This document shows positions 54,230 through 64,000 of a stretch of 64,000 nt of DNA, one piece after another (the first letter of the stretch is position 1; each line of letters starts with the position of its first letter). The translations under genes were made by a program, and so were the position numbers. The notes under the pieces were generated by a model. That model did not search any database. It saw only the letters and a list, made by a program, of their open reading frames with translations, and had not been told where the DNA came from. Source of the DNA: Andalucia godoyi And28 (lineage: Eukaryota; Protista; Jakobida); contig VRVR01000056.1 in the NCBI GenBank assembly GCA_009859145.1, positions 85-64,084 of the forward strand, in the 5' to 3' direction.

Positions 54230-57080
54230 TCACCCTTTCAATAGATCAGAGAGAGACATGACTTCCACGCCGGTGTCCTTGTCCTTGGCTTTTCCGCCCG
54301 GCTTGACAATCTGCGGAGGTGCTGCTGCTGCCTTGGACTCCACCTTCTTCTCGTCCTTTTTCTCGTCCTTCTTTTCCTCCTTCTTTGCCTCCTTCTTCGT
54401 CTCTTTCTTGCCCCCACGGATGTCCGGTAATCCTGGAATCGACACTTCACCATTGATGTACGAAATGTACATACCAAAAATCGAATTGGCATCCTTTCGC
54501 TTCTGTTCATAGTCCGGAAGACTGGCCATCTTGTTGAAATACTCCTTGCACATTTCGTTGCTCTCGTTGCGCACCTTCTTGTCAAAGACTCCCTCTTTCC
54601 AGTTCGCGATCAACTTTTCAACAATAAGGGGAGTCACATCCGGATAGTCTTTGAGCAACTCTCGGAACGTATAGATAACTTCTTCTCCGTCCTGCACTTC
54701 GGCAAGATCCGCTACAGAAATGAGCTGTCCCAGTTCTTTGTCCAGCACCTGCTCCTTGAGGTAAGAACCAAAGATATCGTGAAGCCTGTTCATCTGGGAT
54801 TCGATAAAATCAAACGAAACCAAAGATGGCTTGGCAGCTTTGTACGTGAGCATTGAGAAGAGGTAAAAGAAGCAAACCTTGTGCAGCAAAAGATGGCTTA
54901 GTGTCCGCAGGAAATTGTCAAACAGCAGGGCGTCGAGATCGCCGTAAAAGTCCTCCAACGTCGCACACAGCGAGTTCCAGCGCTGCTCAGAATCGGAAAA
55001 ATGAATCGGACCAGCAGAAAAAACTGGCAAGATATCATTCATGACTGTGTCCACGAGTTTCTTCAGAGCAGCATCCTTGACAATCACCCATGAGGCAGAT
55101 ATTTCGTCGTACGCCACCTCCCAACCTTGAGGACCCATCTCTTCTTCTTCTTCGTCCTCGTCGTAGTCCATGCCGTAGGCACCATCATCATCATCATCGT
55201 CGTCGTCGTTGTCGTTGTCATTGTCGTTGGCGTCGTCGTCGCCATCATCATCATGATTATCGTAATTGTCATCATCACGATGATCACGACGCCTGCGGGA
55301 TTTGTTATCCATATCCTTTTCGGATCTCTTTGATCTTGGATTTGACTTTGACTTTGACTTTGACTTTGGCTTTGGCTTTGGCTTTGGCTTATTGGCATCT
55401 CCAAATGATTCCAAACTCGTTGCATACATTTCACAAAACTCTTGCGAATACTCATTTAGCTGAACGTTGTTGTTGCAGAACGCGCACAAGTGCTCCAACG
55501 AATACGTGTTTGTCGGGTTCAACAACAAGGCGTCGCTGACCAACGAGGAAGTCTCAACAAGCATTTCCACACACGTAACAGCAACCTTTCGCTCGATTTC
55601 TTCGTTTTGCGACCTCCGTGCCAGCCCCATCTGCTGATGGAGCATGCGAAACAAGAACGCTGGAAACGTCGACTGGATCTTGCCGTCTTCGTCGCGTTCC
55701 TCCAGAGTCTTCTCGTCGTTCCTTTCCTGTTGGAACAGATTATGAATCCACTCCCGAAGCTTGTCTCCAATTTTTGAGAGAAAGAACGATTCCAGTTCCT
55801 CGACTATTGGGGTGACGTCTGGGACTGAAAAGTGCTGCATTCGATCATCGTCACCTTCCTCTTCCGCAAACCGCATCGCTTCATCATGCACAACTTGCAG
55901 TTCCGAGGCATAGCTTCGCAGAAACCCAATAAGTTCCAAAATGGAGACGTTTTCGCTCGTCAGCTCGTTTGCGCCCGTTCCCAAAAGCGGCGCCTTGAGA
56001 TTGTCAATCACTTCGACAAGCTGACAGTGAGCGATCATCACAAACTTGTCAAGCACTCTCCACTCGCGCGGGAAGCACAATTCAACGTAGTTTTGAACGC
56101 TGTAGAACACGTCTCGGAAAAGATTCAACTGCTTGTCAAGATCGCCCTCGCAGCCTAGAATCTGCGACTTGAGCCATGCTTGCCACACATCGAAACACCA
56201 CATTTGAGATGCATCCGTGTTTCCTTTGGTGTTCTTGACATTTGTAGGAACCGGGCAATCCACGAGAATTCGAACCACCTTCACCAAGATGTTGGGTGCA
56301 TTCTCTGCATAGTCAAGACATTCTGCCATGATAGTCCGCAGCACATGATTGTAAAACTCGTCAACGAGCCGGTCGACCTCTTCGAGCAGCTCCAAGAACT
56401 GCTTCTTCTTTTGATTCTCCGAGATCGATGCATTAAAAGACTCCTTGACGGCCATCAGCTCACGCAGCTTAACGTAAGTATCAAGAAGCCTGTTTTCGTC
56501 CGCAAAAGAGTCGCGAAGTCGTTCGATTTCCGTCGGCAGATGAACGAGATGTGCTGCGGTCTCCAGGACTGACCGCACGTTGGTCTTTGCATTCTGCGAC
56601 TTTTCAAAGAGCGTCCGAATTGACTCGTCTGAAATCGACTTTCTCGACTGCTCCGCAAACTGATCAATCGATGCAAAATCACTGCGAAAATTGACAAACA
56701 GCAGCTGTGTATCCAGAAGCACAAGCGAAAGCCGGGCATCTTCAATTCTCGAATGTGCCAGCGTAGAAAGATTGTTCTCGATCGCAGCCTTTTTCAACGT
56801 GTACTCTTCCGAAAATTTCTTGATCTATCAGCAGCAGCAACATACACCCAACAACATCATCATCATCATCACAACAACAACAATAATAATAATAATAATA
56901 AAAACAGCAATAATGTGAGCCAATCCGTGGGTCAGAGAGGGAGGAAGACAGCGCGTTATTCGCTTGGGTGGATGGGGAAAAGAAACGTACATTTGATAAG
57001 GCATCCGCAGATACGAGCATTTTCGCTACTTCCTGGATAGCATGGTCGCGAACCTCGGATTCTCGATCGGACAGATCCAT
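54230..57080 (-). CDS. EXOC3: Exocyst complex component Sec6; exons 57080-56991 and 56824-54230
   Basis: Exon 1 MDLSDRESEVRDHAIQEVAKMLVSADALSN spliced (GTACGT...TAG) to IKKFSEEYTLKKAAIENNL; LFRMLHQQM, LCAFCNNN, LCATLEDFYGD, DYPDV motifs. Confidence 0.85.
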
Positions 57081-57139
57081 GTCTTTAAAGATGCTTCCTT
57101 CTGTTTCTATGCCGTATATATATATGTGTGTGTGTATGT

Positions 57140-57171
<32 letters not shown>

Positions 57172-57337
57172 GTGGGAAGGTGTAGGAGTGTTGTGAATCG
57201 CCCCTTTTGAAGCGAGAGTGTGTGAACGTAAAACTCTGTAGTATTGACAAAACAATAAGCAGAAACTCTCGAGAAGAAAACCTGTGGGCTTTTTGGGGGG
57301 GAAAGGAAGCAAAACACTGCAAAGCCAAAACTAAATA

Positions 57338-57456
57338 AAAGTACAGCACTGGGAATTCCCGAGTGGTCACCCACCTCAGTACTACTCCAGCCTGAGAGCA
57401 CTTGACTTCGCAAATCGGACGGGATGCGGTATTTTCACTCTAGTATGGCCGTACCT
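57338..57456 (-). rRNA. 5S ribosomal RNA, single copy
   Basis: Minus strand reads GGTACGGCCATACT...CCCGTCCGAT...GAAGTCAAG...AGTAGTACTGAGGTGGGTGACCACTCGGGAA...GCTGTAC then TTTT; 5'/3' ends pair (GGUACGGC/GCUGUACU). Ends +/-2 nt. Confidence 0.96.
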
Positions 57457-57631
57457 ACCAAGGTGTTTGTTGCATTTCATTTTGGGATCAACGCGGTCTG
57501 AGCTACCTGCAGATGCAATAACGTCTTGTGGGATCGTGGGATCGTGGGATCGTGGCTCGTGGCTCGTGTGAAGAAAATGTTCAATTTATGAGTACATGAT
57601 GATGATGATGATGATGATGATGAGAGCGCAT

Positions 57632-59446
57632 CTAATATCTTTTTGATCGCTCGCGGTCCTTGACAACGGGGTTGTTGCTTGCTGCCGGCTGCATGTGCAT
57701 CGTCTGAACAGAGGGCTTTGGAATCCTTGGAGGCGGTTGCTTTGGCTTGTCCTTCTTGTCGGCCTGTACAGATGGCAAACTTACCTTGACATTGGATACT
57801 CCGCCTCCCGAGGCTGTTGTCCCCATCATCGAGTTGCCATACAAACTCTGCGCATTTGACAGAGACCCACTCATTTGCATGGATGAAGACGACGAAAACG
57901 TGGACAGCCCAGTACCACCGCCGAATGATCCCGAATTTGTGAGGGACGGAGGAGCGGCATTCGCGTGGGTGGGCTTCCGAGCTGCTCCAATGGACGGCAA
58001 ACTTGTGGATCCTGAGGTGGAACCGTAGATGAACTCGTTGTTCGAGTTGATTGCGACATCGCCAGAAGCATGCTCCGTGCCATGCGCATGGCTCACAACG
58101 GCAAGCCCGGAACCCTGGGGATTAGCTGCTGGCCCGTGTGCGTGACCCAGCGCAGGATGAAATCCTCCGGAATGGACTGATGGCTTGTCCTTGCGGAGCA
58201 CGCCAGAGGGGGCAAGACCTGGGGGCGGCCCCGAAACCGGAATCCCGTGAGTGTGTCCTGCACCACCGCCACCACCACCGGCAGCGTTTGCAGCTGCTTT
58301 GGACGACAGCGCATTTGCTCCTTTGCCACCAGCAACACCAAGCGAAGCCGGCCCGAAGCCAGACCCGACTGCGTGCGCAGCTGGTTCACCCTCATTTTCC
58401 CAATCGTCGTCATCGTCGTCGTCATGACGTCCACCTGGGCCGTGATGGAACTCGGAGGCCATGCTTTTGGGAGTGTGCATTCCCCGAGGAGAGCCAACCT
58501 CGGAACCGGCGTCCGACTTGCGCGTAGAATTCGGATTGGCAGCCCGTTGCTTGGCTCGCATCCGCTTTTCCGCTTCTCGCAAGTCTCGGAAATACTCGTG
58601 GCGAAGGGCCTGCCGAGCAGAGAACCGCTCGTCTGGGTTGTAGGCCAACAGCGATTTGATCAGATCCACGCAGAGAGGAGAAGCATGCGAAAGTAGCTTA
58701 TCAATTCCTGTGCCTTCTTTCGCAGGGAAATTGAAGTCGATGTGAGACGACAATCTCTTAAACTTTTCCAGCAAATCCGGAGGCGGAGTTCCGCAAATAT
58801 TGTGGATTTTGTGGATTTGATCGAGCTCGTTGGTGCCTGGGAACAGCGGATACAGACTTAAAATTTCGAAAAAGACGCATCCCACGCCCCACATGTCCAT
58901 CTTATAGTTGTAATAGCCATCGGTCAGCAGGCACTCCGGGGCGCGGTACCAACGAGTACTGATATACTCAGTGAACGGTTGCTTGGAATAAATCCCTCGA
59001 CACGATCCGAAATCCGCAAGTTTCAGCTGGTCCTCCGTAATCAGAATGTTCTCTGGCTTGATATCTCGATGGAAAATTCCATTCCTGTGCATATGGTCCA
59101 TTGATTTCAGCAGTTGATACATGTAGAGTCGAATCTTCTCTTCCGGGAGATAATGCCGTCTCCCGCGGATTAACTCGTACACATTCATATCCATCAACTC
59201 AAACACAAGAGCCAATCGGCCCGTCGGCCGGTCATACAAAACCTCGTATAGCTTGACGATATTTGGATGCGGCGAAAGCCTTCTCAACGCCTGAATCTCG
59301 CGCAGCCGATTCACTTGCTCAATGGATTCAAACCGATTCTTCATGCATTTGATGGCGACATATTTTGAATTCTTTGTGGATTGAGCTTTCAGAACTTCAG
59401 AAAAGGTACCTTCGCCCTTCTTTCCCAACAATCGATACTTGTTCAT
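57632..59446 (-). CDS. MOK: MAPK/MAK/MRK-overlapping kinase
   Basis: KKGEGTFSEV, FESIEQVNRLREIQALRRL, HRDIKPEN, DFGSCRGIYSKQPFTEYISTRWYRAPECLLTDG; start at ATG 59446. Confidence 0.93.
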   Translation of the reverse strand: MNKYRLLGKKGEGTFSEVLKAQSTKNSKYVAIKCMKNRFESIEQVNRLREIQALRRLSPHPNIVKLYEVLYDRPTGRLALVFELMDMNVYELIRGRRHYLPEEKIRLYMYQLLKSMDHMHRNGIFHRDIKPENILITEDQLKLADFGSCRGIYSKQPFTEYISTRWYRAPECLLTDGYYNYKMDMWGVGCVFFEILSLYPLFPGTNELDQIHKIHNICGTPPPDLLEKFKRLSSHIDFNFPAKEGTGIDKLLSHASPLCVDLIKSLLAYNPDERFSARQALRHEYFRDLREAEKRMRAKQRAANPNSTRKSDAGSEVGSPRGMHTPKSMASEFHHGPGGRHDDDDDDDWENEGEPAAHAVGSGFGPASLGVAGGKGANALSSKAAANAAGGGGGGAGHTHGIPVSGPPPGLAPSGVLRKDKPSVHSGGFHPALGHAHGPAANPQGSGLAVVSHAHGTEHASGDVAINSNNEFIYGSTSGSTSLPSIGAARKPTHANAAPPSLTNSGSFGGGTGLSTFSSSSSMQMSGSLSNAQSLYGNSMMGTTASGGGVSNVKVSLPSVQADKKDKPKQPPPRIPKPSVQTMHMQPAASNNPVVKDRERSKRY

Positions 59447-59996
59447 TCCGAGCAAAAGCCTTTCAGAAACAGAAAATCCGACTCAGATTGCCCCCAAGAA
59501 GAAATGAATGACGTGAAATCAGCGAATCGTCTCGATACAAAAATAGAGACGTTATTGCAATGCACGATTTTCTTTTTGTTGTGTTTGTGTTTGTGTTTTG
59601 TGTTCTTCAGGAAACAAACACCCAATCTGAGGATTCCGCACGATCTGAAACTGTACACGTGACGCCTGTAAAAACACGCAACGAAAAGAGAGACAGAGAG
59701 ACAGAGACAGAGACAGAGGGAGACAGAGAAAGAGAGACAGAGACAGAGAGAGACAGAGACAGAGAGAGACAAAGAGAGATGGAGGAAATGTGCTCTGCAT
59801 TAAGACGTCTCAGAAACAAAAGGAAGCCAAGTCGGTTGGGAAAAAGAAAGGACCACTGCGTACCCTCAAGGGCTCAAGCGGGGTGGGAGCCCAAAAAGGA
59901 GGCAGTTGTTGCACAAAACAATTGTGCAATTTATTGTGCAATGGGAGGAAAGGAAAAGAGGGGTCCATTTTTTTGGTTTAATTACAGCAGGTTGCG

Positions 59997-62060
59997 TCAG
60001 CTTGAAGGGAACTGCAGGAACGGGTAGGAGCGAAACATTCGCTGGACAACATTGAGTCTTTGCGTCACAGTGAGTGCTGGGGAAACGATTTCGTGCAAAT
60101 CATCGAGGAGCAACTCGCGACCACCTTCCTTTTCAAAATACTCGCTGACATCGGTTTCCCAGGTAATCAGTAGACGGACTCGGTGAAAACCGAGAATCAC
60201 AATGCCTTGGTCATGCTCCGACAGACCTGAATGAAGACTGCGATTCAGCACGCGCTCTATGGACAATAAAGATACCCGAATCATTTCAAACACGCGACGG
60301 TCTGTTTTCCGGCGGTACGTCAATACTTGGTACATCAAGAAGGAGACAACCAAAAAGGCAGGGGTCATCGCAACGAGTTCCAAATTAATTTCATTGTTTC
60401 GCAGCAGGTGATCCAAAGCCAGCAATGTTCGTTCAACATCCAGTTTCTGCTTTTGGATCTGGATCAAAATCAATCGTGGAAGATCCCCAAATGCCAGGTT
60501 CCGAATCGGATGCCTGATTTCACCTTCGTAGGCCTCCACAATTGGCGCAAGCAACTGGCCTTCCGAGACGGAATTTTCGACACTCTCAACAGTAAACTTC
60601 ACTTGCTTGAGCGGATCAGATGAGTCGCGCACGAAATCCTTGACCATATTTCGCAGTGCTTCTTCGCTCAAGTCGACACTGCTCTGATCAATTAGGGCCT
60701 TGTGTTTGTCATAGCGCACAAACTCGTAAAGATTGTGCAGCGGATCATATACGTGCTCGCGGAAGAACCGAGATAGCGCCTCTTTCGCTTCTTGAGTCCA
60801 AGATTGCAGCTGCTCGGCGTGCTTGTATGCCTGGCATATTCCGTAAGTCGCAGTGCCAAAGAAGACCACATAAAACAACCAATGCCTCCTGAAATGACTT
60901 GGCGGACGATGCACGTGAAGCAACTCTCTCGTCACATCGAGCACTTTGTCCACCTCGTCCAGCAGCAGCACAAGTTGTCCAACCTCCACCGGCGGTTCAC
61001 TATGACTATGATTCCTATCCTGCGAGCCATTCGCCTTCTGGGCAATCAACGAAGCAGCAGCGGCCGCAGGAACCGCGAGCGAATCAGAAGGATCACTGCT
61101 GTCGACGCCGAAATCAACGTCCGGCATCGCTGCACTGCTGTCCGATGCATGCAGTCCATGTGTCGCATGCTCGTGCAACTTGCTCCAAAGCTCCTGCAAT
61201 CGTGTCAAGGACACCAGAAGCATAGATTGGTACGCCTGCAGCTGTCGAGTGATGCGGTCTGCTTGTGTCGTTGGCCAAACCCACTTGCCATGAAGTGCGT
61301 TGCGAATGTAAAACATCGGACCTATGTGAACAGCAAGTGTGTACGGGCGGACCTTCATGGCGTGCCAATATGCAATCGTCTTTTCCAAAACAAACAAGGC
61401 GCGAACAGTCGACGACAGACCGACAAACACGCCAAGAACCACGCATCCTCTCATTTCCGGCAACTGCTCGTGAATCTCGCTCAGTCCAGACAACGACTCC
61501 ACTCGAAATGGGTCTTTCAGCACTCCTATCACTTGCGATAGCGATGAAAACGGACTCAGGACATCCCCGGTCACGAGCGGCAACGAACAGTGCGAAGAAG
61601 CAAACGGCAGCGCTGCTCCGCTGGGCAGTGCAAAATGCTGCTGCAACCGTCGATCCAAGTATGGAAACTCTGAAAACGGCGATTGAAAGTACGACGATCG
61701 GATCAGCTGGTTCACAAATCGAAGCATTCTGAATCCGTCGTCTCCGCTCTTCCTATCCGCTCTTCTTATCCGCTCTTCCTCTCCTCCTTGTTGTTGTGGT
61801 GGTTGCTGCCTCCAAAGCCTCGTCAGCAACTCAGTACCCCAATAACCTACTGACGCACACAGCCCTCCGTCCAAGTACAGTCCCCCGTCTTCGTCGCGAG
61901 CTTCTCTTTTTTCCTTTCTTTCTTTCTTTTTGGCGGTTCCCAGGCATTCCTGTTGTATGCGGACTTCTCTTTGATCTGGAACTTTCGCTTGACTCTCTGC
62001 TTGATTGGCCAATGCCACTTCCAGTAGACAGACGAGGAAAAAGCAACAGGAAAATCGCAA
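59997..62060 (-). CDS. Nuclear control of ATPase protein 2 (NCA2)-domain protein
   Basis: FFREHVYDPL, YEGEIRHPIRNL..GDLPRLILIQIQKQKLDV, LLRNNEINL..VAMTPA. Track start is TTG; first in-frame ATG is 61727, so the 5' end is uncertain. Confidence 0.75.
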   Translation of the reverse strand: MRFSCCFFLVCLLEVALANQAESQAKVPDQREVRIQQECLGTAKKKERKEKREARDEDGGLYLDGGLCASVGYWGTELLTRLWRQQPPQQQGGEEERIRRADRKSGDDGFRMLRFVNQLIRSSYFQSPFSEFPYLDRRLQQHFALPSGAALPFASSHCSLPLVTGDVLSPFSSLSQVIGVLKDPFRVESLSGLSEIHEQLPEMRGCVVLGVFVGLSSTVRALFVLEKTIAYWHAMKVRPYTLAVHIGPMFYIRNALHGKWVWPTTQADRITRQLQAYQSMLLVSLTRLQELWSKLHEHATHGLHASDSSAAMPDVDFGVDSSDPSDSLAVPAAAAASLIAQKANGSQDRNHSHSEPPVEVGQLVLLLDEVDKVLDVTRELLHVHRPPSHFRRHWLFYVVFFGTATYGICQAYKHAEQLQSWTQEAKEALSRFFREHVYDPLHNLYEFVRYDKHKALIDQSSVDLSEEALRNMVKDFVRDSSDPLKQVKFTVESVENSVSEGQLLAPIVEAYEGEIRHPIRNLAFGDLPRLILIQIQKQKLDVERTLLALDHLLRNNEINLELVAMTPAFLVVSFLMYQVLTYRRKTDRRVFEMIRVSLLSIERVLNRSLHSGLSEHDQGIVILGFHRVRLLITWETDVSEYFEKEGGRELLLDDLHEIVSPALTVTQRLNVVQRMFRSYPFLQFPSS

Positions 62061-62214
62061 GCATCAAGGTGCAGCGTCAAATTGCCAAACGTTTCGCAGA
62101 GCCTTTACTGTACTCTTTTCCCTAATAATTGCTTTTGGGTTTGTTTTTTTTGTTTTTCATGACGATGACTGCTAGCTCGGTCTTTGTTTCTTGTTGAACA
62201 GACGAACGTGTAAC

Positions 62215-64000
62215 ATGTTGCGTGCAGCTCGTTATTTCTCGAGTGCAACAGGCGGGTCACCCAATGTGACTGCGCGGCTGGTTGCAATGTCGGATGCTTT
62301 TCGCAGAAACGGACATTTGCGAGCTGACTTGGATCCCTTGAAGCGCTGGTCTCCGTCCGTTCGTGGGGTTCCTGCTGCACAGTCTGTGTCTTTCGACATT
62401 TCCCATTACGGACTGAGCGGCACTGAGCCGGTGGACTCGAGTGTCCATCCGTTTGCAAAGAGTGCTGCTGAGCTGCTGGATGTTTTGAAGAAGTCGTACT
62501 GCGGTACTCTGACAGTTCAGGCTCAGCATCTTGCGAACCCTGCCGAGCGAGAGTGGTTCGTGACTCGATTGGAAACTACTGCACGGCAGAAGACCTCTCC
62601 AGCTCTCAGGTCTCTTCTTTTGGAATCCATTGCGCAGTGCGAAGCGGTGGACCATTACCTCGCAAAGAAGTTTCCGGGAGTGAAGCGCTACGGGTGCGAG
62701 GGTGCCGAGGCGATGATGCCTGCGCTGGAGTTCTTGTTCGATGTGGCCGCACGTCAGTATGGTGTGCAGGACATCGTGCTGGGAATGCCCCATCGAGGAC
62801 GCATCAACTTGCTGCTCAACAGCTTTCAGTATCCTGCGGCAAAGTTGTTTGCAAAGTTGCTCAAGGGGTATTCGGAGTCTGGCTTGACCCTGGAAAGCGG
62901 CACTGGTGATGTGATTTCCCACCTTGCAGCTTCTTATGATCACAAGTCTGGTGCACACATTTCGATGATCCACAATCCTTCGCATTTGGAGACTGCAGAT
63001 GCTGTTGCCGTGGGCAAGGCACGCGCAAAGATGGATCGCGACTCGAAGGCACTCTGCTTGGTGCTGCACGGAGATGCTGCCTACGCCGGGCAGGGTATTG
63101 TTGCAGAGTGCTTCCAAATGATGAACTTGCCGTCGTTCTCCGTCAAGGGTGTGATCCACATGATCGTGAACAACCAGCTGGGTTTCACAACTGAGAATGC
63201 GATTGCTCGATCTACGCCCCATGCTGCAGATGTTGCCAAGTTTGCGGAAGTGCCTATCATTCACGTCAATGCTGATGACCCAGAGGCAGTTGTCTCTGCA
63301 ATGCGACTTGCCCTCGAGTACAAGTTCACGTTCGACAAGGATGTCGTCCTCGATTTGATCGGTTATCGTCGTCATGGCCACAACGAACTTGATGAGCCAG
63401 CATTCACCCAACCACAAATGTACTCGAAGATCCGTGCTCAGCCGTCTGTTGTTTCGCAGTATGCCGAAAAACTGCATGGGTCCAAGGAGAAGGCTGTCGA
63501 GTACGTCAAGTCTGTCCAGGAGTCCGTGTTCCAGCGATTGGACGACGCGTATAATCAGGCCACTTCACTGTCAGAACAGGAGCTTTTGTCGAAGTACCCA
63601 TACGACGCCCTCGCTAAAGGATCTCAGTGGGAGAATGTCCGATCTCCTTCATATGACTCTCCATCAAAGCCGATCATCACTGGTTTGTCGTCCATCAAAG
63701 AAGTCGCGGATGTCATTCGCGCCTCAGTCTCCTTGCCATCAAGCGACTTCACCCCTCATGAGCGACTTTTGCGAACTCACATTCAGGCGCGCCTGAAGCG
63801 TCTGGAACAGGACAAGCTTGATTGGGCAACCGCAGAGGCCCTCGCTTTTGGATCTCTAGTTGGACAGGGGTTCCGCGTACGCATCACAGGACAGGATGTT
63901 GAGCGTGGAACGTTCTCGCATCGCCATTTGGTTCTATATGACGTGAACAATGGTAAGGCGCATCATCCATTTGGAAAGGAGAATGTCATGTTGTGCAATT
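62215..64000 (+). CDS. DHTKD1: 2-oxoadipate/2-oxoglutarate dehydrogenase E1, DHTKD1-type (runs off window end)
   Basis: Absent from the ORF track (no stop in window). MLRAARYFSSA transit peptide, AFRRNGHLRADLDPL, KRYGCEGAEAMMP, GMPHRGR, GDVISHL, NPSHLE, HGDAAYAGQG, NNQLGFTT, YRRHGHNELDEP, GQDVERGTFSHRH. Confidence 0.88.
   Translation, partial: MLRAARYFSSATGGSPNVTARLVAMSDAFRRNGHLRADLDPLKRWSPSVRGVPAAQSVSFDISHYGLSGTEPVDSSVHPFAKSAAELLDVLKKSYCGTLTVQAQHLANPAEREWFVTRLETTARQKTSPALRSLLLESIAQCEAVDHYLAKKFPGVKRYGCEGAEAMMPALEFLFDVAARQYGVQDIVLGMPHRGRINLLLNSFQYPAAKLFAKLLKGYSESGLTLESGTGDVISHLAASYDHKSGAHISMIHNPSHLETADAVAVGKARAKMDRDSKALCLVLHGDAAYAGQGIVAECFQMMNLPSFSVKGVIHMIVNNQLGFTTENAIARSTPHAADVAKFAEVPIIHVNADDPEAVVSAMRLALEYKFTFDKDVVLDLIGYRRHGHNELDEPAFTQPQMYSKIRAQPSVVSQYAEKLHGSKEKAVEYVKSVQESVFQRLDDAYNQATSLSEQELLSKYPYDALAKGSQWENVRSPSYDSPSKPIITGLSSIKEVADVIRASVSLPSSDFTPHERLLRTHIQARLKRLEQDKLDWATAEALAFGSLVGQGFRVRITGQDVERGTFSHRHLVLYDVNNGKAHHPFGKENVMLCN

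Noticed and set aside
56742-57413. 223-aa ORF in the track
   Set aside because: It runs through the 5S gene, microsatellites, Sec6 exon 1 and its intron.
62257-63477. 406-aa minus-strand ORF (and similar long antisense ORFs such as 26423-27727 and 50527-51387)
   Set aside because: Antisense shadows of well-supported genes (DHTKD1, TrpRS, PTEN).

Overview
Gene-dense, intron-poor nuclear DNA from a flagellated unicellular eukaryote. Evidence: RSPH9, DAW1, IFT27, ZMYND10 and MOK ciliary genes, GT-AG introns, a peroxisomal -SKL enzyme, a mitochondrion-targeted DHTKD1-type E1, and many microsatellites. The lineage cannot be fixed from this window. About 33 likely protein genes are present, plus one solitary 5S rRNA gene, an 8-bp tandem array and a 599-bp near-identical duplicated segment. 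The most notable signal is invisible in the ORF track: two intergenic relics of a TnpB/Fanzor-like RNA-guided nuclease element. Relic 1 (~6275-6781, +) joins the N-terminal RAVRIKMHPSQEQRVMLRKW motif directly to the C-terminal MDRDW/NGARSIYLKNA RuvC-III motif and is followed by a hairpin-rich tail (candidate omegaRNA). Relic 2 (~17335-17600, -) is a more decayed zinc-finger/RuvC-III fragment sharing a 44-nt block (38/44 identical) with relic 1. No intact nuclease ORF is in the window. Other leads: a probable frameshifted Zn2Cys6-PAS factor, a Myb paralogue whose repeats are split by large insertions, three MGxxxS proteins sharing an unrecognised motif, and a WHEP-bearing TrpRS. All family calls are by-eye motif recognition; no searches were run. 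Many ORF-track starts are TTG/GTG and were moved to the likely ATG.
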